Positions 11,060 to 20,892 of a DNA stretch of 61,416 nt are shown piece by piece. The notes beneath the pieces are model-generated. The model saw only the letters and a list, made by a program, of their open reading frames with translations. It was not told the origin of the DNA and did no database searches. The position numbers and the translations under genes are program-made. Source of the stretch: Roseibium sp. (lineage in GTDB: Bacteria > Pseudomonadota > Alphaproteobacteria > Rhizobiales > Stappiaceae); contig NZ_JAILWL010000001.1 in assembly GCF_025698965.1 (NCBI RefSeq), forward strand, positions 1-61,416. The letters are read 5' to 3'. The number at the start of each line of letters is the position of its first letter. Within the stretch, counting starts at the first letter, position 1.

Positions 11060-11141
11060 ATTTGCTAGCCTCAGCTAATTCTTCTCACGTACCGCCCACA
11101 CGCATACTGTAATCAGATGCGTCTGCTTTCGCCAGAGTATA

Positions 11142-11157
11142 GTTAACACAAGGTTAA
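11142..11157 (-). promoter_or_regulatory. consensus CtrA binding site upstream of the sugar transferase
   Basis: Minus strand TTAA-CCTTGTG-TTAAC is an exact TTAA-N7-TTAAC match in an AT-rich promoter region. Confidence 0.7.
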
Positions 11158-11326
11158 TTAAAAATTTGTAATTGTACTTGGTATGAGTTGCATGCGAGTG
11201 GCCACATCAGACACTGGTGGTGCCTGCTTTCAGTATTTTCATGAGATTTGTTTGAATGAACGAACCACCCTAGGGCAGGTGCCCACCCCGAAGTACGGCA
11301 AAAACATAATAGGGGAAAATTTTCTA

Positions 11327-12634
11327 TCAGTAGCTGCGCCCAACGCTAGTGTACTCAAAGCCTTTCGCTTCCATATAGTCAGGCTTGTAGATATTGCGCA
11401 GATCGACAACTTTCGGCTCGGTGACGAGCGATTTGACGCGGTCCAGATCCAGAGCGCGGAATTGATCCCATTCTGTCAAGATGACGATCACGTCTGCATT
11501 CTCAATTGCGTGGTAGGGGCCATCGCAGAACATGACACCTGACATGATCTTGCTTGCCTCTTCCATACTTGCGGGATCGTAGGCACGCAGTTTGGCGCCT
11601 TCTGCCTGTAGCTTTTCAACGATGTCGATACTGGGAGCTTCGCGCATGTCGTCGGTATTCGGTTTGAATGCGAGACCGAGCAGGGCAATGGTCTTGCCTT
11701 TGACATCGCCACCCATGAAGTCGATCACCTTCTGCGCCATCTTCTTTTTTCTGGCCGCATTCACTTCGATCACGGAATCGACGATTTTGAGGTCGGATTT
11801 TGCGTCGGCCGCAATTTTTGAAAGGGCAAGCGTGTCCTTGGGGAAACAGGACCCCCCATAGCCCGGGCCGGCATGAAGGAACTTGCCACCGATACGGTTG
11901 TCGAGGCCGATGCCACGGGAGACTTCCTGAACGTTGGCACCGACACTTTCGCACAAGTCGGCAATTTCGTTGATGAACGTGATTTTGACGGCAAGGAATG
12001 CATTTGCCGCATATTTGATAAGTTCAGATGTCCGGCGCTTGGTAACGATGATCGGAGTTTCATTGAGATAAAGAGGCCGGTAAAGTTCCTGCATGACTTC
12101 GACCGCTCGTGTGCTTTCGGTGCCGACGACGACCCGGTCGGGTCGCTTGAAATCGTTGATGGCCGCACCTTCGCGCAGGAATTCCGGGTTGGAGACTACA
12201 GCGAAATCGGCATCCGGATTTGTTTTCCGGATAATGGCTTCGACCTCGTCGCCTGTCCCAACCGGAACGGTCGATTTTGTGACGATAACCGTAAATCCGT
12301 CGATCAGTTCCGCGATTTCTTCGGAAGCGGCATAGACGTAAGAAAGGTCTGCATGACCGTCACCACGGCGCGTCGGCGTGCCGACTGCGATAAAAACGGC
12401 ATCGGCCTGTTTGATGGCATCCGTCGGGTCGGTGGTGAAGAATAGCCGTTCTTCTTCAACGTTCTTGGCAACAAGTTCCTGCAGACCTGGTTCGTAAATC
12501 GGGATGTCGCCGTTATTCAACGCATCAATTTTCGTCGCGTCCTTGTCAATACAGGTCACCACGTGACCGAAATCAGCAAAACATGTCCCGGAAACCAGAC
12601 CGACATAGCCGGTGCCAATCATTGCAACGCGCAT
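11327..12634 (-). CDS. ugd: UDP-glucose 6-dehydrogenase
   Basis: GTGYVG Rossmann motif, SNPEFLREG, catalytic GYGGSCFPKD, AFKPNTDDMRE. Confidence 0.93.
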   Translation of the reverse strand: MRVAMIGTGYVGLVSGTCFADFGHVVTCIDKDATKIDALNNGDIPIYEPGLQELVAKNVEEERLFFTTDPTDAIKQADAVFIAVGTPTRRGDGHADLSYVYAASEEIAELIDGFTVIVTKSTVPVGTGDEVEAIIRKTNPDADFAVVSNPEFLREGAAINDFKRPDRVVVGTESTRAVEVMQELYRPLYLNETPIIVTKRRTSELIKYAANAFLAVKITFINEIADLCESVGANVQEVSRGIGLDNRIGGKFLHAGPGYGGSCFPKDTLALSKIAADAKSDLKIVDSVIEVNAARKKKMAQKVIDFMGGDVKGKTIALLGLAFKPNTDDMREAPSIDIVEKLQAEGAKLRAYDPASMEEASKIMSGVMFCDGPYHAIENADVIVILTEWDQFRALDLDRVKSLVTEPKVVDLRNIYKPDYMEAKGFEYTSVGRSY

Positions 12635-12825
12635 TTTTTAAATTCCAGTTCTTAAGCAGGTACCCCAGGTGGGGATGCGCCAAGAGGTCATCATCTCTGG
12701 GCAACTTTGAAGCTGCACAGCCCCTAACACGACTTGAGAACGGATTTCTACCCCAATCCGGTCGCATGACCATGCTGATTGCCGCCTTGCAAATCATGGC
12801 CTGCTGTCGATCTGTTTCGGAATGA

Positions 12826-13521
12826 CTATACGGTCAAGTAGCGACGGACTTCGGCTTCTGAAAGATCTGCTCCGCTTCCGGACAAGACGATCTCCCCCCG
12901 GTCCATCACCGCATATTCGTCTGCCAGGTCGCGGGCGAATTCGAAATACTGCTCGACGAGAACGATCGCCATCGTTTTTTGATCGCGCAGCCATGAGATC
13001 GCCCGGCCGATATCCTTGATGATGGACGGCTGAATGCCTTCGGTTGGTTCATCGAGAACGAGCAAATTGGGACGAGTGATCAGTGCCCGTGCGATAGCAA
13101 GCTGTTGCTGTTGTCCGCCGGACAGATCACCACCACGGCGGTTCAGCATGTCTTTCAGAACCGGAAACAGTTCAAAGACCGTCTCCGGGATCTTGCGATC
13201 CTTTCGCTTCAGGGGCGCATAGCCCGTTTCAAGGTTTTCCTTGACCGAGAGCAGGGGAAAGACTTCGCGTCCCTGCGGAACGACGGCGATACCCTTCTTG
13301 GCACGGGCGTGCGCCGGCAGGGATGAAATGTCTTCACCGTTCCAGAAAATCTTGCCGCTGCTGATCCCGTGCTGCCCGGCCACGGCGCGCAATGTCGATG
13401 TCTTGCCGACGCCGTTTCGGCCCATCAGGCAAGTCACTTTGCCGACTTCCGCGGTCAGGGAGACCCCTTTCAACGCCTGTGCTGCGCCATAATAAAGATC
13501 GATGTTTTCAACTTTGAGCAT
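12826..13521 (-). CDS. urtE: urea ABC transporter ATP-binding subunit
   Basis: GRNGVGKT, LSGGQQQQLAIARAL, LDEPTEGIQPSII. Confidence 0.93.
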   Translation of the reverse strand: MLKVENIDLYYGAAQALKGVSLTAEVGKVTCLMGRNGVGKTSTLRAVAGQHGISSGKIFWNGEDISSLPAHARAKKGIAVVPQGREVFPLLSVKENLETGYAPLKRKDRKIPETVFELFPVLKDMLNRRGGDLSGGQQQQLAIARALITRPNLLVLDEPTEGIQPSIIKDIGRAISWLRDQKTMAIVLVEQYFEFARDLADEYAVMDRGEIVLSGSGADLSEAEVRRYLTV

Positions 13522-13524
13522 GTT

Positions 13525-14271
13525 TCACCGCCCCAGATAGACTTCAACAACCCGCTCATCGGCGGAAACATGATCCAGAGACCCTTCTGCAAGGACCGAG
13601 CCTTCGTGCAGGACGGTAACCTTGACACCGAGCGAGCGAACAAAAGCCATGTCATGCTCGACAACGACCACTGAGTGATCTTTCGCGATATCTTTCAACA
13701 GATCGGCCGTCTCGGCTGTCTCGGCGTCGGTCATACCGGCGGCCGGTTCGTCCACAAGAAGCAGTTTCGGATCCTGTGCCAGCAGCATGCCGATTTCCAG
13801 CCATTGCTTTTGTCCATGGCTGAGATTGGCGGCGAGCTCATGGCGCTTGTTGCCGAGCCGGATGAGATCAAGAAGGGACTCGATCCGCTTCTTTTCACCG
13901 TTGGCAATCACGTGAAAGAGCGTTGCAAATGGCTCGCGCGGTGCCTTGAGTGCGAGTTCCAGATTGTCCCAGACCGTATGGCTTTCAAAAACGGTTGGTT
14001 TCTGAAATTTCCGGCCGATACCGAGTTCTGCGATGGAGGCTTCATCTTCTCCGGTCAGATCGACTGCCCCATCGAAATAGACATCGCCACTATCGGGTCG
14101 GGTTTTGCCCGTAATGACATCCATCATCGTGGTCTTGCCCGCACCATTTGGTCCGATGATCGCGCGCATTTCTCCTGGGGCTATGGTCAGAGAGAGTTCA
14201 TTCAAGGCTTTGAAGCCATCGAAGGAAACCGATACGCCATCGAGATAAAGAAGGCTTGATGCTCGGGCCAT
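13525..14271 (-). CDS. urtD: urea ABC transporter ATP-binding subunit
   Basis: GPNGAGKTT, GIGRKFQKP, LSHGQKQWLEIGM. Confidence 0.93.
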   Translation of the reverse strand: MARASSLLYLDGVSVSFDGFKALNELSLTIAPGEMRAIIGPNGAGKTTMMDVITGKTRPDSGDVYFDGAVDLTGEDEASIAELGIGRKFQKPTVFESHTVWDNLELALKAPREPFATLFHVIANGEKKRIESLLDLIRLGNKRHELAANLSHGQKQWLEIGMLLAQDPKLLLVDEPAAGMTDAETAETADLLKDIAKDHSVVVVEHDMAFVRSLGVKVTVLHEGSVLAEGSLDHVSADERVVEVYLGR

Positions 14272-14274
14272 GGT

Positions 14275-15513
14275 CTACTCCGCAGGTTGGGGCTTGGTCG
14301 TGCCGGGAAAACGGGCAACCGGTTCGCAATGGATGATGTTGGCAGGCGCGCTCGGAGATTGCGGTGGTGTTGAAGGCGGTTCGTCAGATCCTTTTTCATA
14401 GTCAGATGAGATCTTGCGCTGGCGCAGTGCCGTCCAGCCACCGCTTATGGTCCCGACGATGCCTTTGGGCAGGAACAGGGTGACCACAACAAAGAGACCG
14501 CCTAGTGCGAACAGCCAGATGTCGGGCAGGGCGGCAGTGAACCAGGTTTTGGCGAAGTTCACGAGCACAGCTCCGAGAACGGCTCCCACAAGCGTACCGC
14601 GACCGCCGACGGCAACCCAGATGACCACTTCAATCGAATTGGCAGGGGCAAATTCACCCGGATTGATAATGCCGACTTGCGGTACGTAGAGCGCCCCGGC
14701 AATTCCGGCCATCATAGCTGACAGGGTCCAGACGAAGAGTTTGTAGTGCTCCACCCGGTAGCCGAGGAACCGGGTCCGGCTCTCGGCGTCACGAACCGCG
14801 ACAAGAACCTTGCCAAGCTTGGAGCGGGTCACGGCCCGGCAGATGAGGAAACACACGACCAGCGCCAGGCCTGAGGCTGCAAACAGACCGGCGCGGGTGG
14901 TGTCGGCTTGAATGTCAAAGCCGAGAATGTCTTTGAAATCGGTCAGGCCATTGTTTCCGCCAAAGCCCATATCATTCCGGAAAAAGGCCAGCAAAAGCGC
15001 GTAGGTGAGAGCCTGTGTAATGATCGACAGATAAACACCTGTTACTCGCGAGCGGAAGGCAAACCAGCCAAAGATGAACGCGAGTGCACCCGGTACCAGC
15101 AGGATCATCACTGCCGCAAACCAGAACATGTCGAAGCCGGACCAGTACCAGGGCAGGTCCTGCCAGTTCAGGAAAACCATGAAGTCGGGCAGGATCGGGT
15201 CGCCATAGACGCCCCGTGTTCCGATCTGGCGCATCAGGTACATGCCCATGGCATAGCCACCAAGTGCAAAGAATGCAGCATGACCGAGCGAGAGAATGCC
15301 GCAATAGCCCCAGACCAGATCAACCGCGAGCGCGAGCAAGGCGTAGGTGAGATACTTGCCCATCAGCGTGACCGCATAGGTCGGCACATGGAAAGGCGAA
15401 TTTTCAGGAACCAGCAGGTTACTGGCGGGCACGAGAATGATCGCGGCACCAAGGATCGCCAGGAAAATCCCGGCGCGTGCGTCCATCGCACGGAATAAGA
15501 ATGAGGACATCAT
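14275..15513 (-). CDS. urtC: urea ABC transporter permease
   Basis: DLVWGYCGILSLGH, LPDFMVFL, GGNNGLTDFK; Pro-rich C-terminal tail. Confidence 0.92.
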   Translation of the reverse strand: MMSSFLFRAMDARAGIFLAILGAAIILVPASNLLVPENSPFHVPTYAVTLMGKYLTYALLALAVDLVWGYCGILSLGHAAFFALGGYAMGMYLMRQIGTRGVYGDPILPDFMVFLNWQDLPWYWSGFDMFWFAAVMILLVPGALAFIFGWFAFRSRVTGVYLSIITQALTYALLLAFFRNDMGFGGNNGLTDFKDILGFDIQADTTRAGLFAASGLALVVCFLICRAVTRSKLGKVLVAVRDAESRTRFLGYRVEHYKLFVWTLSAMMAGIAGALYVPQVGIINPGEFAPANSIEVVIWVAVGGRGTLVGAVLGAVLVNFAKTWFTAALPDIWLFALGGLFVVVTLFLPKGIVGTISGGWTALRQRKISSDYEKGSDEPPSTPPQSPSAPANIIHCEPVARFPGTTKPQPAE

Positions 15514-17129
15514 GCTTCAACTGCCCGGCCCTTGAGGGCGAAGAGACCCCGTGGACGCTTTTGAATAAAGAGAATGATGAAGACGAGCACGAAGATCTTG
15601 CCTAAAACCGCACCGGCATAGGGTTCGAGGAACTTGTTGACGACCCCAAGGGTCATCGCCCCGACCAGCGTGCCCCACAGATTGCCGACGCCACCGAAAA
15701 CAACCACCATGAAGCTGTCGATGATGTACCCCTGACCAAGATTGGGGGAGACGTTGTCGATCTGGGACAGGGCGACACCGGCAACGCCGGCAATGCCTGA
15801 GCCTAGACCGAAGGTCAGCGCGTCGATCCAGGGGGTGCGTATGCCCATTGAAGCGGCCATGCGCCGGTTCTGCGTGACAGCACGGGTGTAGAGACCGAAT
15901 GGTGTTTTCTTCAGGACGAGCATCAGTGCCGCAAAGACCACCAGTGCAAATACTATGATCCACATACGGTTATAGGTGATGGTCATTTGCCCGAGTTCGA
16001 AAGCCCCGGACATCCAGTCCGGGTTGCCGACTTCGCGATTGGTCGGTCCGAAGAGGGACCGCACCGCCTGCTGAAGGATCAGCGAGATTCCCCAGGTCGC
16101 AAGCAGCGTTTCCAGGGGACGTCCATAAAGCCAGCGGATCACGCCACGTTCGATGCCGATGCCGATCACACCGGAGGTCAGGAACGCAAGGGGCAGGGCT
16201 ATGAGCAGTGAATACTCAAAAAGCCCTGGTGCGGACGTCCGGATCAGTTCCTGAACAACAAATGTGGTGTAGGCACCGATCATCACCATTTCGCCATGGG
16301 CCATGTTGATGACCCCCATGACACCGAAAGTGATGGCAAGTCCGATGGCGGCCAGAAGCAGAACGGAACCGAGCGACAGGCCGTACCAGACATTCTGCGC
16401 AGTATCCCATGCGGCAATAGACTTTTCGATTTTGGCAGCGGCCGAAACTGCCGCATCGCGTAAGTCTCCTTCCGCTGTTGATTGCAGACCGATCAGCAGC
16501 GACAGGGCATCCCGGTTGCCCATCTCGGAAAGCGTGGCAACGGCAGCCAACTTGTCGGACGCGTCAAGATCGGAATTCAAAACCGCCGCAGCGCGCGCCT
16601 GTTCCATGACCTTGAGAACGCCGTCATCGGTTTCAGCTGCAATGGCGACGTTAAGGGCGGGGATGCTGTCCGGATCTTTGGCCTTGAATATGGCAGAGGC
16701 CGCAGACCTTCTGACCTCGGGGTCTGGCGCTTGCAGGGTTAGAGACCCAAGCGCTGCGCGAACAACGCGCCGCAGCTTGTTGTTGACCTTGATCTTTTTG
16801 ATTTCACGCTTGCCGGCTTCCCCCGTGGGCTCAAGGGTCAACGGATCAGTAAGGACAAACGTCTTGCCGCTCTTCCTGGCGATAAACACCGCGTTGTCCG
16901 ATTTGCGAAAATAGAGATTGCCGACCCCAAGCGCTTTCAGGACAGGCGCGGCCGCCGGATTGCCGGTCGCAACCAGCGCCTCGATCTGTTGTTCGGTTTC
17001 GGCGTATTTCCCTTTGGCCAGTTCATTGACCAGGTTGCGCAGGGATTCCGCATCCGCTTGTGCAAACGCCTGTCCGGTTAGACCGGCGAACAGGCAAAAA
17101 AACACCAAGATTGATTTCAAGAGGGACAT
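15510..17129 (-). CDS. urtB: urea ABC transporter permease with N-terminal periplasmic helical domain
   Basis: GLAITFGVMGVINMAHGE and LYGRPLETLLATWG. Start placed at ATG 17129 (signal-like N-terminus); ATG 17213 is possible. Confidence 0.9.
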   Translation of the reverse strand: MSLLKSILVFFCLFAGLTGQAFAQADAESLRNLVNELAKGKYAETEQQIEALVATGNPAAAPVLKALGVGNLYFRKSDNAVFIARKSGKTFVLTDPLTLEPTGEAGKREIKKIKVNNKLRRVVRAALGSLTLQAPDPEVRRSAASAIFKAKDPDSIPALNVAIAAETDDGVLKVMEQARAAAVLNSDLDASDKLAAVATLSEMGNRDALSLLIGLQSTAEGDLRDAAVSAAAKIEKSIAAWDTAQNVWYGLSLGSVLLLAAIGLAITFGVMGVINMAHGEMVMIGAYTTFVVQELIRTSAPGLFEYSLLIALPLAFLTSGVIGIGIERGVIRWLYGRPLETLLATWGISLILQQAVRSLFGPTNREVGNPDWMSGAFELGQMTITYNRMWIIVFALVVFAALMLVLKKTPFGLYTRAVTQNRRMAASMGIRTPWIDALTFGLGSGIAGVAGVALSQIDNVSPNLGQGYIIDSFMVVVFGGVGNLWGTLVGAMTLGVVNKFLEPYAGAVLGKIFVLVFIILFIQKRPRGLFALKGRAVEA

Positions 17130-17252
17130 GGGTCCACCGGCTTTGAATAGTCGTGTAAGGGTTGGGAGGCGTACCTGGATGAATTTGTCATCGAATGTTT
17201 CGCCACTCCGCATGTCTGATCGCTGGTCAGAGATGACACTTCAAACGCAAAT

Positions 17253-17286
17253 AGTTAGATCGGGTTGTTGAGAACCCGACCTAACT
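17253..17286 (-). terminator. intercistronic stem-loop after urtA (stabiliser/partial terminator)
   Basis: Minus strand AGTTAGGTCGGGTT-CTCAAC-AACCCGATCTAACT forms a 14-bp stem with one G-U pair. Confidence 0.6.
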
Positions 17287-17299
17287 TTGTTTGCTGCCT

Positions 17300-18583
17300 T
17301 TAGGAGCCGGAACCACCGCACTTGCCAGTAGCAGTGTTGAAGTTGCCGCAGGACATCGGTGCCCGCCAATCGGAAATCAGGTCTTTGGATCCGTCCAGGT
17401 AGTCCGACCATGCGTCGCCGACAACCGTGCCGGAGGTTTCCCAAACGGTTTCAAACTGGCCGTCTTCCTGGATTTCACCGATCAACACGGGCTTGGTGAT
17501 GTGGTGGTTCGGCATCATCGCGGAGTAACCGCCGGTCAGGTTGGGTACGGTCACACCAACGATGGAGTCGATGACCGCGTCCGGATCGGTTGTACCGGCT
17601 TTCTCTACCGCTTCGACCCACATGTTGAAGCCAATGAAATGAGCTTCCATCGGATCGTTGGTTACGCGGTTGTCATCGCCGACAAATGCCTGCCATGTGT
17701 CGATGAACTCGGCATTGGCATCAGTGTCCGCAGACTGGAAGTAGTTCCAGGCCGCAAGGTGACCGACGAGTGGTGCGGTGTCGAGACCGGCAAGTTCTTC
17801 TTCGCCAACCGAAAAGGCGACAACCGGAATATCTTCCGCCTTGATGCCTGCATTGCCGAGTTCTTTGTAGAACGGCACGTTGGCATCTCCGTTGATGGTC
17901 GAAACGACCGCCGTTTTCTTGCCGGCGGAGCCGAATGCCTTGATATCGGACACGATCGTTTGCCAGTCGGAATGCCCAAATGGCGTGTAGTTGATCATGA
18001 TGTCTTCTTCAGCCACACCCTTGGACTTAAGGTAGGCTTCCAGGATCTTGTTGGTCGTGCGCGGATAAACATAGTCGGTGCCGGCCAGGACCCAGCGTTC
18101 GACGCCTTCTTCGTTCATCAGGTAGTCAACAGCCGGAATGGCCTGCTGGTTCGGTGCCGCACCGGTGTAGAAGACGTTGCGCTGGCTTTCTTCGCCTTCA
18201 TACTGAACCGGGTAGAACAGCAACGAATTCAACTCTTCAAAGACCGGCAGAACGGATTTGCGGGACACGGAAGTCCAGCACCCGAACACCGCATCCACTC
18301 CATTAACTTCAATCAGTTCGCGTGCCTTCTCGGCAAAGAGCGGCCAGTCGGACGCCGGGTCAACGACAACGGCTTCAAGTTTCTTTCCCAAAAGACCGCC
18401 TTTTTTGTTCTGCTCTTCGATGAGCATCAGCATGGCGTCTTTCAACGTGGTTTCCGAAATCGCCATCGTGCCGGAAAGCGAGTGCAGAATGCCGACCTTG
18501 ATGGTGTCTTCGGCAGCAGCGCCACCGATCATTGTGGAGGCCATCAGGCCGGCCAGAGCAAATTTGGTGAATGTCTTTTTCAT
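17300..18583 (-). CDS. urtA: urea ABC transporter substrate-binding protein
   Basis: Signal peptide; IKVGILHSLSGTMAISE, FGCWTSVSRK, YPVQYEG, GTDYVYPR. Confidence 0.95.
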   Translation of the reverse strand: MKKTFTKFALAGLMASTMIGGAAAEDTIKVGILHSLSGTMAISETTLKDAMLMLIEEQNKKGGLLGKKLEAVVVDPASDWPLFAEKARELIEVNGVDAVFGCWTSVSRKSVLPVFEELNSLLFYPVQYEGEESQRNVFYTGAAPNQQAIPAVDYLMNEEGVERWVLAGTDYVYPRTTNKILEAYLKSKGVAEEDIMINYTPFGHSDWQTIVSDIKAFGSAGKKTAVVSTINGDANVPFYKELGNAGIKAEDIPVVAFSVGEEELAGLDTAPLVGHLAAWNYFQSADTDANAEFIDTWQAFVGDDNRVTNDPMEAHFIGFNMWVEAVEKAGTTDPDAVIDSIVGVTVPNLTGGYSAMMPNHHITKPVLIGEIQEDGQFETVWETSGTVVGDAWSDYLDGSKDLISDWRAPMSCGNFNTATGKCGGSGS

Positions 18584-18688
18584 GCGAGTTCCCCTTGTTG
18601 CGTCACCGGTTCCCGGCCGGTGCAAAGCGGCTGGAAGGTTTGCCGCTGTCGGGGAAAGATCGTGCGCCGGAATGTGTGCGCTGCAACA

Positions 18689-18704
18689 TACGTCATTTGA
18701 CGTA
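18689..18704. promoter_or_regulatory. palindromic operator upstream of urtA
   Basis: Perfect inverted repeat TACGTCA-TT-TGACGTA (7-2-7, NarL/LuxR-like geometry) directly upstream of a TTGCAG -35-like hexamer on the minus strand. Confidence 0.6.
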
Positions 18705-18885
18705 ATAGGTCGAAGCGCCGACGCAGGTGGCTGTCATCTGCTTTTAAACACACGTTGGGACTGGGAGGGGAATCGCTGCAGGCCTTCGAGGTCTATTTGA
18801 ACAGCTTGCCAAGATTTAATCCCGTCAGCGATCGTATGCGTTAAAGTTAGGGAAGGGGCGAAGCCAAATTGAAATCGGGTGTTCC

Positions 18886-20754
18886 ATGGCGCATTCTGCA
18901 ATCCGTCATCACAGAAGTTTTCTAGTCGAAAGCTTCCTAGCCGCCGTGATGTGTGCGTTGGTTTCCAGTACCGGAAAGGTACAGGCCTCAGACGAGGACG
19001 TTCCGTGGACCTATGCAATTACCAGGTTTGGCGAGCCGGAACTTGGCCCCGACGATCCGCTGCCCTATGCCAATCCGGATGCACCGAAGGGCGGTGTTCT
19101 CAAACTCGGAGTCCATGGCACATTTGACAGCCTGAACCAGTACATCGTTCAAGGTGCATGGACGACGACGCGGGGCATGCGTGAGCGCCCGTTCGGCAAC
19201 AACATTCTGGAATCGCTGATGGTGCGCAATTATGACGAGCCGTCGGCACTTTATGGACTGCTTGCCCGGAAAGTGCGCATGCCTGAGGACCGTTCCTGGA
19301 TCGAATATGAACTCAATCCGGATGCACGTTTTTCAGACGATACACCGGTTACGCCGGAAGACGTGATCTTTTCGCTTGAAATTATCCGGGATCGGGGACG
19401 CCCGCCTTTCCGGGACAATTATGCCCTGATCGAAAAAGCGGAGATCACCGGACCCGGGCGATTGAAGCTTACGTTCTCAGAAAGCGGAAACCGAAATCTG
19501 CCGATCGCCGTTTCGCTTGCACCTGTCTATTCGCGAAAGCACATCGATCCGGAGACGTTCGATCGCTCGACCCTGACACCTCCAGTGGCAAGCGGCCCGT
19601 ACACGTTTGCTTCCATCGAACCCGGACGGCGTGTCGTGTATAAGAAGAACCCGGAGTATTGGGCAACCGACCTGCCCATCATGGCCGGTGTGTTCAATTT
19701 CGACGAGATCCGGATCGATTATTTCCGTGACCGGACAGCTCTGCTGGAAGCCTTCAAAAAGGGTGAGATTGATGCCCTTGCATTCCAGGATCCAGCCCGA
19801 TGGGAGAATGGGTTCAACTTTGCAGCGGCGAATGCCGGGGACGTGGTACGCGAAGTTTATGATCGGGCCGGTCCGGCCAGCATGTATGGGATCGCCTTCA
19901 ACACCCGTCGTGAGATGTTCTCCGATCGCCGGGTTCGCAAGGCACTTGCGAACTTGTTCGACTTCGACTGGGTCAACCGGGCTTACTATTTCGATCTGGT
20001 CACACGTACGATCGGATATTGGGACAATTCGGTGCTGTCATCCGTCGGCCGGCCCGAAGGCCATCTGGAACAGGTTATGCTGGCACCCTATCCGGACGCG
20101 GTGGAAGCGGACGTGATCATGGGAACATGGCGTCCCTCCAATGGCGACGGGACGGCGCGCGACAGGGCGCAGATGCAGTCCGCCTTGGCGGAACTGGAAA
20201 ATGCGGGGTATAGGCTCGACAGCGAAAAGCTTGTTGAGACCAGAACCGGTAAGCAGCTCTCCTTCGAAATCATGACCAAAAATGCCGACGAGGAGCGTCT
20301 CGCGGAAGCTTATGTCCGTACGCTTCGATTGCTCGGTATCGATGCGCGGGTGCGCACACCCGATCCAGGTCAATTCGAGGACCGCAGGACAAAGCGCGAC
20401 TTTGACATGGTCTTCAACCAATGGGGTGTCGGACTGTCTCCGGGAGCAGAACAGCTTGGCAGATGGTCAAGCGCAGCTTCGGAAACTCCTGGAAGCTTCA
20501 ATTTCGTCGGAGCACGTGAACCGGCCATAGACCACGTTCTCGAGGCCTTGATGTCGGCGGAAACGGAGGACGATTTCGTTGCCTCTGTGCGGGCATTGGA
20601 TCGATTGCTGATTTCCGGCTTCTACGCCGTTCCGCTTTTCCACAATGACAAAAGCTGGATCGGTCGCTGGAAGACGGTTGTTCCACCTCCGGCTGGCAAG
20701 CAATCGGGGGCGCCAAGTTTCGATCTCTGGTGGTCCGCCGCAGCTGAAAAGTGA
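18886..20754 (+). CDS. extracellular solute-binding protein family 5 (YejA/DppA-like), no adjacent permease
   Basis: PYANPDAPKGG, GTFDSLN, PPVASGPY, FNTRR.FSDRRVRKAL, RALDRLL. Confidence 0.88.
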   Translation: MAHSAIRHHRSFLVESFLAAVMCALVSSTGKVQASDEDVPWTYAITRFGEPELGPDDPLPYANPDAPKGGVLKLGVHGTFDSLNQYIVQGAWTTTRGMRERPFGNNILESLMVRNYDEPSALYGLLARKVRMPEDRSWIEYELNPDARFSDDTPVTPEDVIFSLEIIRDRGRPPFRDNYALIEKAEITGPGRLKLTFSESGNRNLPIAVSLAPVYSRKHIDPETFDRSTLTPPVASGPYTFASIEPGRRVVYKKNPEYWATDLPIMAGVFNFDEIRIDYFRDRTALLEAFKKGEIDALAFQDPARWENGFNFAAANAGDVVREVYDRAGPASMYGIAFNTRREMFSDRRVRKALANLFDFDWVNRAYYFDLVTRTIGYWDNSVLSSVGRPEGHLEQVMLAPYPDAVEADVIMGTWRPSNGDGTARDRAQMQSALAELENAGYRLDSEKLVETRTGKQLSFEIMTKNADEERLAEAYVRTLRLLGIDARVRTPDPGQFEDRRTKRDFDMVFNQWGVGLSPGAEQLGRWSSAASETPGSFNFVGAREPAIDHVLEALMSAETEDDFVASVRALDRLLISGFYAVPLFHNDKSWIGRWKTVVPPPAGKQSGAPSFDLWWSAAAEK

Positions 20755-20892
20755 GATCCTATCCAAGCCAAATCTCTTTGGCGCGGAAATTGCTGTTTCA
20801 GGCACATCGTGTTGAACAAGGGTGCTCACCGGACCGATGGGGCTTACGTATTGCCTAATACTGAGGCAGCTGACTAATTTCGGGGCAGCGTT

